Virus record (IMG/VR): IMGVR_UViG_3300028591_000122
Span: 52,457 to 116,456 of that record
Source: a virus
Taxonomy: Duplodnaviria > Caudoviricetes
Direction: 5' to 3' (one strand)
DNA: 64,000 bases
Position 1 is the stretch's first letter; each line of letters opens with the position of its first letter. Under the pieces are notes generated by a model that saw nothing but the letters and a program-made list of their open reading frames with translations, was not told the origin of the DNA and searched no databases. Below, piece after piece: positions 47,837-55,116 of this stretch. The position numbers and the translations under genes were made by a program.

Positions 47837-49879
47837 ATGGCTTATTTCTTTAATGGTAATAATCAAGGAATGGTTAATTCTCTAACTTGGGGAGATAATG
47901 TAATATTCACAAATAATACGATGTACTATTTATTTGGTGGTTGCAGAAACTATAATTCCCCCGTAGATATTCCGAGTTATATTACAAACGCAGGCAGTTT
48001 AATTTATGCTGACAATTATAATCACCCCATAAATATTGACCCTTATGGCAACTTAATAGATATGCAATATCTTGTAGCAAGCAATGATTTCAATTGCGAC
48101 TTGAATATTCCTGTTAATGCCAAAAAGTGGAGATACTGCGTGAATGTATACGGATATAATAATAAGTTTTATAATGCGAATATAGAGTTGTATGCCAAAT
48201 GCCTTGATGAATACAATAACAATGTTCCTGACGGATATTATCAATACGCATTTGCATATATGTCTGGCTTTAATGGAAATGTCCATTTTCACCAAATGCC
48301 AACAGATATGAGTATGATGTTTTATTCGTGTTATAATTTCAATCGCAACATCAACATTCCTCAAGGAGTGAATCAAAACTGTTATGATATGTTCTATTAT
48401 TGTGGCAATCTGAATCAAAACATAAGACTGCCAGATGATAGTCATTCGGAATACGCTTTTGCATATTGTAGCAATTTAGATAAAAATATTAGAGTGCCGA
48501 GAAACTCTGATATACATTGTCTTTTCTATAATTGTACTAATTTAAACAAACCCATTTATGTGCCAACCTTCCCCTCAAATGGACCGCAAGGCTCTGGAGA
48601 CAATGTATATTATGATGCACAACAAGGTGGTTATATTTTTAGCGGCTGCACCAATTTAAACTCGGCAGTGACATTTAGCAGTAGTATAACCAATCTTTAT
48701 GGTACCTTTTACAATTGCAAAAGTCTCGATAGAGCAATTGCTCTTCCCTCTGGATTAAAAGATATGCAAAGCACGTTCTCTGATTGCTCTAATTTAAGAA
48801 CAGGACAATCAATCCCCGGTGGAGTAGTTCGAATGGATAGTACATTTAGCAGTTGTTTTAATTTCAATGCAAACCAAGGCATACCAGATAGTGTCATTCA
48901 TATGGGAGGCACATTCTCCTCTTGTTCGAATCTCAATCAGAATATCAAAATGCCGTCATCCGGCAAGTATTTTTATGGTACATTTAGTGGCTGTACTAAT
49001 TTTGACCAAGACATACAATTCCCTTCTGGAACATTAGATTTATCTAGTTGTTTTTCACGCACGAATATGACTCACAACATACAGATTCCTACGGGTACAG
49101 AAAAGACATCGGGTATGTTTGGTAGTTGTCCTTATTTCAATCAAAACATATCTATTCCGAGTACAGTAAAAGACATGAGCAGTATGTTCGGTGGTTGTAA
49201 TAATTTTAATCAAAATATATATATACCATTAGGTGTAGAATATATGGCTGGTGCATTCGCTGGTTGCCCAAATTTTAAACAACACGTTACAATTCCATCA
49301 TCAGTCAAAATTTTCAATGGAGCATTTACTAGAACTAAAGTAACCGACGTAGATATACACAGTTCTTATATAACAAATATGTTTAACGGAAATGGATTTA
49401 TTTCTCTTGTCAATGCTATTGATGTAAGTGGACATACGGCATTTGAATATGATTGCCACGGAGATTTACCGAGATATTTCGATAGCTACACCTTCTCGGA
49501 CCCTGTTGCTACCATTACATTTAATCGTAGCGCTGTAGTTAATACGGTGTATTACAACAACAATATGTATAATCATAATAATCGTTACCTATATGCAAAT
49601 AATTATTTATACAATTGTTGGAATGGATACGAAGGATATAATTGTTTCTGGTATAATACTTTCGGTGGAGGAGTACCTTTGAGAATCTTTAATCCTAACT
49701 CACTATATTATAACCACGGAGACTTGTATATTTATGCTTATGATTATTACGATGGAGGAATCTCTGCTGAAAATATGAGAGTATGGAGAGAATGTTTCTA
49801 TTGCGATTATCCTAACGGATATTGGAACGATGGAGAATTTTATTACAACTTATATTGGATACAAGTTAGATTTGTTTAA
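47837..49879 (+). CDS. BspA/DUF285-like leucine-rich-repeat protein (probable adhesin)
   Basis: Tandem ~22-aa repeats MF..C.NFNQNI.IP..V..M. Confidence 0.75.
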   Translation: MAYFFNGNNQGMVNSLTWGDNVIFTNNTMYYLFGGCRNYNSPVDIPSYITNAGSLIYADNYNHPINIDPYGNLIDMQYLVASNDFNCDLNIPVNAKKWRYCVNVYGYNNKFYNANIELYAKCLDEYNNNVPDGYYQYAFAYMSGFNGNVHFHQMPTDMSMMFYSCYNFNRNINIPQGVNQNCYDMFYYCGNLNQNIRLPDDSHSEYAFAYCSNLDKNIRVPRNSDIHCLFYNCTNLNKPIYVPTFPSNGPQGSGDNVYYDAQQGGYIFSGCTNLNSAVTFSSSITNLYGTFYNCKSLDRAIALPSGLKDMQSTFSDCSNLRTGQSIPGGVVRMDSTFSSCFNFNANQGIPDSVIHMGGTFSSCSNLNQNIKMPSSGKYFYGTFSGCTNFDQDIQFPSGTLDLSSCFSRTNMTHNIQIPTGTEKTSGMFGSCPYFNQNISIPSTVKDMSSMFGGCNNFNQNIYIPLGVEYMAGAFAGCPNFKQHVTIPSSVKIFNGAFTRTKVTDVDIHSSYITNMFNGNGFISLVNAIDVSGHTAFEYDCHGDLPRYFDSYTFSDPVATITFNRSAVVNTVYYNNNMYNHNNRYLYANNYLYNCWNGYEGYNCFWYNTFGGGVPLRIFNPNSLYYNHGDLYIYAYDYYDGGISAENMRVWRECFYCDYPNGYWNDGEFYYNLYWIQVRFV

Positions 49880-49883
49880 TGAT

Positions 49884-49912
49884 AATCCCCGACTAACCCT
49901 CGGGGATTTTTT
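49884..49912 (+). terminator. Terminator ending the + strand arm
   Basis: AATCCCCGA-ctaaccc-TCGGGGATT plus T-run. Confidence 0.8.
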
Positions 49913-49918
49913 GCAAAC

Positions 49919-49944
49919 AAAAAGGACCGCCTTTATAGCAGTCC
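49919..49944 (-). terminator. Terminator ending the - strand arm
   Basis: GGACTGC-tataaag-GCGGTCC-TTTTT on minus strand. Confidence 0.75.
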
Positions 49945-49982
49945 GATTTGTCACTATTGGAAACCTTTAGCGCGGATGGTTT
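49919..49982 (-). ncRNA. Candidate ~64-nt small RNA
   Basis: Lies between a sigmaA-type promoter and a terminator; no ORF. Confidence 0.4.
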
Positions 49983-49988
49983 GATATT

Positions 49989-50017
49989 ATATTACAACAA
50001 AGTTATGCGGGTGTCAA
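49989..50017 (-). promoter_or_regulatory. sigmaA-type promoter
   Basis: TTGACA-17 nt-TAATAT (overlapping TATAAT). Confidence 0.65.
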
Positions 50018-50193
50018 ATCTTTTTAGACTGATTTTCGCACCATTGGACAAACTCTGCTTTAGGTATTCTATAAGCCGAACCAATCTTCATAACAGGGAA
50101 ATCTCCTCGTTGGCATAAATTATATGCTTGATTGATACCGATTTTTAGAATCCTTTGAATGTCTTTTACCGTTAAGAATTCCAAATCATTCAT
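50014..50193 (-). CDS. Excisionase-like HTH (HTH_17), 59 aa
   Basis: Hand translation MNDLEFLTVKDIQRILKIGINQAYNLCQRGDFPVMKIGSAYRIPKAEF... Confidence 0.75.
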   Translation of the reverse strand: MNDLEFLTVKDIQRILKIGINQAYNLCQRGDFPVMKIGSAYRIPKAEFVQWCENQSKKI

Positions 50194-50590
50194 TCCTTTT
50201 TTTCTCCTTTACAAATTCTTTAAATTTTTGACAACCTTGTGCAAATTCTAATGTTCCATCACAAAGTTGAGAGCCACATAATTCACAATTCCCCTGTTCT
50301 TTAAACTCTTTTAATGCTTGTAAGAGTTCAATTTTTTTGTTGCTCTCTTTAATTTTTTCTTTTAATCCTTCAACACATGAAGAACACAAATTACGATATG
50401 TTCTTGCCACGGCAGGCTTACCACAGATTTTGCACACGTACTTGTCAGTGATTGTTTTAGACAATTTCTTTTCTTCTTTCAAATCTCTTATTTGTTTAAG
50501 TGCCAATGTCAACATTAAGAACGCAAATGATATCGTACCTAAACATAAACACCCAAACAATATATACTCCATAACTGTCAACTTAATCAT
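50186..50590 (-). CDS. Membrane-anchored Cys-cluster hypothetical protein
   Basis: N-terminal TM segment; CKIC, CSSC, CELC. Confidence 0.5.
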   Translation of the reverse strand: MIKLTVMEYILFGCLCLGTISFAFLMLTLALKQIRDLKEEKKLSKTITDKYVCKICGKPAVARTYRNLCSSCVEGLKEKIKESNKKIELLQALKEFKEQGNCELCGSQLCDGTLEFAQGCQKFKEFVKEKKRNE

Positions 50591-50591
50591 A

Positions 50592-51203
50592 TTAAATACC
50601 CGTAGAACCGAAACCACCGCGTCCTCTTCGGGTTTCATTCAAATCATCTACTTCAATTGCTTTCATACGACACACAGGCTGAATTAACAATTGAGCAATC
50701 CTATCTCCCGAACGGATTAATTGAGGTTGACTTGACTGATTATGAAGAGGAATAAACCATTCACCACGATAGTCTGAATCTATAACTGCCGTGCCTTGAC
50801 GCACAACGAGTCCATTCTTTAATGCTAATCCACTTCTCGAATAGATTAAAGCAACATAATCTTTGCGAAAACTCGTTGAGAAACCAGTAGGGATTTTAAC
50901 TACCTCATCTGGCAGTATTGTAATGTCTTCTTCAAGGTTAGCACAAATATCATATCCCGCACTGCCATCGGTTGCACGAAGCGGCAACTCGACATCATCT
51001 CTTAATTTTTTAAATTTTACAATAGCAATTGACTTATCTAAAGACCTATCCATCTCTTCTCTCCTTATAATTTCAAATGATTGCGGTTTCTGAATTGCAT
51101 CAGGGGTTTGAATCGCATCTTTGAGTTGTTCTAATGTTTCATCGTTTATTTTCTTTTTGTTTACCATTACAAAATCACTTTTCTTCCAATTTCTTCTCAT
51201 CAT
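50592..51203 (-). CDS. dut: Trimeric dUTPase
   Basis: SAGYD, RSGLA, VIDSDYRGE, RIAQL, RGRGGFGSTG. Confidence 0.95.
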   Translation of the reverse strand: MMRRNWKKSDFVMVNKKKINDETLEQLKDAIQTPDAIQKPQSFEIIRREEMDRSLDKSIAIVKFKKLRDDVELPLRATDGSAGYDICANLEEDITILPDEVVKIPTGFSTSFRKDYVALIYSRSGLALKNGLVVRQGTAVIDSDYRGEWFIPLHNQSSQPQLIRSGDRIAQLLIQPVCRMKAIEVDDLNETRRGRGGFGSTGI

Positions 51204-51549
51204 TAATCTCCTTAATTCCGTATTTTTTCATTTCATCAATATACCATTTGTTTATTTTGAAAATATAACTATCGGTATTGTGGTTGTGGTTAAAGAACGC
51301 GGGATATAACTCTCCGGTTTGACCATACAAATAACACTTAACTTCACCATTGATAGTGCTGACGATTATCTTCCCCACTAATAATGGCTTTCCTGTTGCT
51401 CCTTTGATTAACGGAAACTTCAGATAGAACAATTCTGGGGCTTCAAGCACTCTGTGGAACTTCATGCTCTTTAATCGTTCTTCTGTATGGTTTTTCATTT
51501 TAAAGTTAAGTTCTGGAAGTCTGTCTCCTATTTTCATCTCTGACCTCAT
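51175..51549 (-). CDS. Hypothetical protein
   Basis: ORF in tightly packed operon. Confidence 0.5.
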   Translation of the reverse strand: MRSEMKIGDRLPELNFKMKNHTEERLKSMKFHRVLEAPELFYLKFPLIKGATGKPLLVGKIIVSTINGEVKCYLYGQTGELYPAFFNHNHNTDSYIFKINKWYIDEMKKYGIKEINDEKKLEEK

Positions 51550-51937
51550 TCACTAATTTTTTTAACCTATCTTTGACATATTCTATGTCTCTTATCTTTC
51601 CCGTTTTAGGGATAGGGGATAACCTTTGCATATTCAAGAAAGTAAGCACCATCGCTTTGTCTCCCCAAATTTCTTTTACTCTATCGGTGTCTGGCTTTAT
51701 CCCTTGCTCGTCGCATATAAAACCTAACCAAAAATGACCGTCATTCTTTGGAGTAGTTCTTCCCGCTGATGCTATCTTAATGGACAATGCTCGTTTATCA
51801 TTGATATAATACCAACTTTTATTATAGAATACATCATCTTCGTGTAAGGCTATATATCCTTCGTAGTAACCTATTTCGTTAAAGGTTACAACGCAACGAT
51901 AACCGTTATAATCAAATTCTTCTTCTATCCTATACAC
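51506..51937 (-). CDS. Hypothetical phage protein
   Basis: GYRCVV..GY..GYI and WLGF pattern. Confidence 0.5.
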   Translation of the reverse strand: MYRIEEEFDYNGYRCVVTFNEIGYYEGYIALHEDDVFYNKSWYYINDKRALSIKIASAGRTTPKNDGHFWLGFICDEQGIKPDTDRVKEIWGDKAMVLTFLNMQRLSPIPKTGKIRDIEYVKDRLKKLVNEVRDENRRQTSRT

Positions 51938-52133
51938 GATTCAGTCCTCTTATGTATTCCATAGCACAACAATAATTAAGCAATCTACCATTGACTTCCA
52001 GACAAGGCAAGGCAATAATACCTTTGTCTTTCATTTCTTCTAAATTCTGATTAACCGTAAATTCGATTTTGTTTTGTAATAAAACAAGTTCTAAATCGTT
52101 ACAATCTTTCGTTCCATTAGTGTACAGTGTCAT
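51930..52133 (-). CDS. Glutaredoxin/NrdH-like protein with degenerate CxxC (TKDC)
   Basis: TLYT..C..L..L..I.F and LP.LEVNG pattern. Confidence 0.5.
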   Translation of the reverse strand: MTLYTNGTKDCNDLELVLLQNKIEFTVNQNLEEMKDKGIIALPCLEVNGRLLNYCCAMEYIRGLNRV

Positions 52134-52148
52134 ATCCTTTTTCTCCTT

Positions 52149-52478
52149 TCAATCAATGTAATCTATTACATCGTCTATATGTAATATCACATCACAAATC
52201 GCTGAATATCTCGTATTTTGTGGTTCTTCCTCGTGGTAATATCCGATGATTTCTAAATTGTGTTCTTCTGCAAGAGCAAACAAGATTGCAGTTGTCGTGT
52301 CTATAAAATCCAAATCAACAATCAATGTGTCGTTTCGACTTATTGCTCTTATCAATTTCTTGATGCTAATCTCTGTATTTGAATTTTCAATAAACTCACC
52401 GCCGTAATAATGTCTTTCTCCTATTTCTTTCGACAGTATTTGCACATCGTCTCGGATTCCACAAAATATAATATTCAT
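52149..52478 (-). CDS. Hypothetical protein, weak nucleoside deoxyribosyltransferase-like pattern
   Basis: DTLIVDL..T..A..A....IIG alpha/beta pattern. Confidence 0.3.
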   Translation of the reverse strand: MNIIFCGIRDDVQILSKEIGERHYYGGEFIENSNTEISIKKLIRAISRNDTLIVDLDFIDTTTAILFALAEEHNLEIIGYYHEEEPQNTRYSAICDVILHIDDVIDYID

Positions 52479-52564
52479 TTTCTACTTCTCCAATCATCAA
52501 TTATCAGTATAACCGCTATCAAAAACAAAGCGATTAAAATAACTAATGTCCCTAAACTTTTCAT
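52475..52564 (-). CDS. 29-aa single-TM peptide MKSLGTLVILIALFLIAVILIIDDWRSRK
   Basis: Hand translation; GAGGTG RBS; ATGA overlap with next gene. Confidence 0.6.
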   Translation of the reverse strand: MKSLGTLVILIALFLIAVILIIDDWRSRK

Positions 52565-52571
52565 ATTCACC

Positions 52572-53258
52572 TCAATAAAAGGAATGCCCGACTTCATCTG
52601 TAAAGATTAATTCTCTGCCATTCCAAGAATCCATTGGAGCCATACTGTTAAAATATAAAGCACCATTAGTTGTATCTTCTATCTCTTCTGCGTATTCCAA
52701 AGCGAGTTTGGTATCTTCGGAGATTTGCTTACGGCTATAAACGAACTGACCGGGAGCAGTGCAAACGGTTGTAGCATCGTTGGGGAATTTATTATCTCCC
52801 TCGATTCTGTTTAAAATAACACTTGCTACGTGAGTCTTGGCTTCAAAGTCGCAACCATATACTTCAGTTTCGATTACTCTCTGCATAAGGTATATCTCAT
52901 CTTCGTTGTACTTTTCATAGATAGATTGAGGTCTGTCATATTCGGGATATTTTTCAATAAACTCTTTGTATGCCAAGAACCATTCTTTCTTATCTTCGAT
53001 TTGAGAGAGAGCATTAAATTCTTCAAACATTAAGGCTTCTCTTGTTAATGGCTCTTCAACCTCTTCGACAGCTTGTTCAATAACCTCTTCAACTATCTCT
53101 GTCTCTTCGGGTGCTTTTGCCTCATCTAAATGCTTGGATAATTTAATTGTATATATTATTGCGAATATACAGAGAGCAATACCGCATAATGCAAGGGCAA
53201 TACAAATAATAACTAAAATCCTACTGATGATTTCATCTAATTTCTCATACTTGTTCAT
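52572..53258 (-). CDS. Membrane-anchored SleB-like cell wall hydrolase (Hydrolase_2)
   Basis: IETEV, VASVILNR, FP..VC.APGQF, GALYF, GHSFY; N-terminal TM. Confidence 0.85.
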   Translation of the reverse strand: MNKYEKLDEIISRILVIICIALALCGIALCIFAIIYTIKLSKHLDEAKAPEETEIVEEVIEQAVEEVEEPLTREALMFEEFNALSQIEDKKEWFLAYKEFIEKYPEYDRPQSIYEKYNEDEIYLMQRVIETEVYGCDFEAKTHVASVILNRIEGDNKFPNDATTVCTAPGQFVYSRKQISEDTKLALEYAEEIEDTTNGALYFNSMAPMDSWNGRELIFTDEVGHSFY

Positions 53259-54357
53259 GTGCGTCTCCAAACTGTTTAATTAAATTTAATGTCTTGTCTA
53301 TGTCTTGAGTAGTAATCCTCGAAGAAAGAGAAAATCTTAACGTACCATGTATGTATTCTTTAGGGAGTTTGATGGCAGTTAAAACGTGGGACGGTTCTTT
53401 ATGGTCCGTCTCACAAGCACTGCCTGCTGAAACATAAATTTCAAATCCACTTAAGAATATCATTAAGGCTTCGGAATCTAAATCTTTAAACGATACAGAG
53501 AGAATATTTGATGTGCTTTCTATTGGTGTGTTGATAATGCAATCAAAATCTGCAAGTTTCTCTCTTAAATATGCAACCATTTCTCTTGTGTGGTCTGCTT
53601 TCTTTTTATCTTTGAGTTTGCTACGAAGAGCATAAGACATAGCAATAACTGATTTGGGATTTGATGTTCCACCTCTTAAGCCTTGTTCTTGCGAACCGCC
53701 AAAGATGAGAGGTTCTAATGGTATTCTGGAATATAAAAATCCCACGCCATTATCGTAACCGAATTTGTGTCCAGAAGCAGAAAACATATCTAGACACTCG
53801 TAAGGAATGTCTACATTTCCTACTGCTTGTACACAATCCGAATGAAAATAAATAGGTTCGCAGAAAGAAGTGGAAGTTTCCACACTGGCTTTTTCTCTTA
53901 TCTCGTTATGGAAGTCAATTATTTTTCTTATTCCTTTAATGTCTTGAACAGTTCCTAATTCATTATTTACTGCGATTATCGAAACAAGAAGAGGAGCACC
54001 GATAGGTTGCTTGCTAATGGCTGTATATAAATCATCTAAATCAACGCGTCCGTTTTTGTCAACGTCCAGATAAGTTACGACATATCCGTGGTTCTCTAAC
54101 CATTTGCAACAGTTCATTATTGACGGGTGTTCGATTTTGGTAGTGATGATATATTTACAACCGCATCTTTGTAATGCCCAAGAGTTTGATTCGCAACCGC
54201 CAGAAGTAAAGAATATATCACTAGGAGATACTTTAAGACATTCGCCTATTCTATCTCTGGCTTTTTCAAAATCTTCGTTGTCTGCATAAGGACTATTGAT
54301 ATTAAATGAACCAACATTCCCCATATTTGTTGCCGCATTATCCATGTAAATCATCAT
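53245..54357 (-). CDS. iscS: Cysteine desulfurase (IscS/NifS family)
   Basis: IYMDNAAT, FTSGGCESN, HSDCVQA, SGHKF, GSAC. Confidence 0.92.
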   Translation of the reverse strand: MMIYMDNAATNMGNVGSFNINSPYADNEDFEKARDRIGECLKVSPSDIFFTSGGCESNSWALQRCGCKYIITTKIEHPSIMNCCKWLENHGYVVTYLDVDKNGRVDLDDLYTAISKQPIGAPLLVSIIAVNNELGTVQDIKGIRKIIDFHNEIREKASVETSTSFCEPIYFHSDCVQAVGNVDIPYECLDMFSASGHKFGYDNGVGFLYSRIPLEPLIFGGSQEQGLRGGTSNPKSVIAMSYALRSKLKDKKKADHTREMVAYLREKLADFDCIINTPIESTSNILSVSFKDLDSEALMIFLSGFEIYVSAGSACETDHKEPSHVLTAIKLPKEYIHGTLRFSLSSRITTQDIDKTLNLIKQFGDAHEQV

Positions 54358-54514
54358 GCAGAGATTCCTCCAATCCGTACTTGTCAAATAAAATTGATAA
54401 AATGTCACACACTACAGAACATTCAATGGTCTTAATTGAATTACCGCTACTGTTTGTTGCTTCGTATGTGGGAACTTTGTTCATCTCATTCATAAAATCT
54501 TCAATAAAGCTCAT
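54338..54514 (-). CDS. 58-aa hypothetical protein
   Basis: Hand translation MSFIEDFMNEMNKVPTYE...; AGGAG RBS. Confidence 0.45.
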   Translation of the reverse strand: MSFIEDFMNEMNKVPTYEATNSSGNSIKTIECSVVCDILSILFDKYGLEESLHDDLHG

Positions 54515-54762
54515 AGGTTCTCCTTTTTAATTATTCTTGATGGTGGAATTTTGCCCGATTCTATTACTTCACTTTCGAATACAAGATAATAATAATGAGC
54601 ATCTTGATAAGTGAAGAATACAGTATCTTCGTTGATTTGATACTTCGGGTGTAAAAATTTAGAAATATAATTGAATTTTTTTACTCGGTCATATCTGATA
54701 CGTTCCAGATAATCATATTGGTTTTGCGTGATTTTAACTTCGTGCATATTCATATTATCCAC
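54511..54762 (-). CDS. Hypothetical protein
   Basis: ORF downstream of promoter. Confidence 0.5.
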   Translation of the reverse strand: MDNMNMHEVKITQNQYDYLERIRYDRVKKFNYISKFLHPKYQINEDTVFFTYQDAHYYYLVFESEVIESGKIPPSRIIKKENL

Positions 54763-54783
54763 CTTTTGTTCACTTATGATGTT

Positions 54784-54812
54784 ATAATATCACTTAATTT
54801 TATCAAAGTCAA
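54784..54812 (-). promoter_or_regulatory. sigmaA-type promoter with extended -10
   Basis: TTGACT-17 nt-TATTAT with TGn immediately upstream of -10. Confidence 0.55.
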
Positions 54813-55116
54813 CCATACAATCTCCAATTCCTGAAACGATTTCCAATATTTGATTACGAGCAATCATTGATAATATCTGTCCGTTTCTTTTAAAACAAAG
54901 ATAACCGCCCATCATATAGGCTTGAATATCACATACTGGCATATAAAAAGCAATGGGTCTGGTGACACTTCGGTCCATGTATTTAAGTTCATCTTTCTCC
55001 CATAACTTAATTAGCTTTGTTTCGTATCCTATTTCCCCGTGGATGGGGAGTCCGAAGAAATATCGCTTTTCTCCGTCCTCTGTCCTAACCATTATTTCTG
55101 CTAAATTGCTCATCAT
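54790..55116 (-). CDS. Hypothetical protein
   Basis: ATGA coupling to dnaE. Confidence 0.5.
   Translation of the reverse strand: MMSNLAEIMVRTEDGEKRYFFGLPIHGEIGYETKLIKLWEKDELKYMDRSVTRPIAFYMPVCDIQAYMMGGYLCFKRNGQILSMIARNQILEIVSGIGDCMVDFDKIK

Noticed and set aside
1097-48897. Many antisense and alternate-frame ORFs in the track
   Set aside because: Shadows of long genes; no RBS or recognisable motifs
47837-49879. DGR target, suggested by the Asn/Tyr-rich C-terminus
   Set aside because: No template repeat or reverse transcriptase seen in the window
49945-49965. CRISPR repeat-like end (ATTGGAAAC)
   Set aside because: Single short match; no array or spacer periodicity seen in any intergenic region
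50014-50193. Prophage boundary or proof of lysogeny from the xis-like gene
   Set aside because: No integrase, att pair or host genes in the window; HTH_17 proteins also act as regulators
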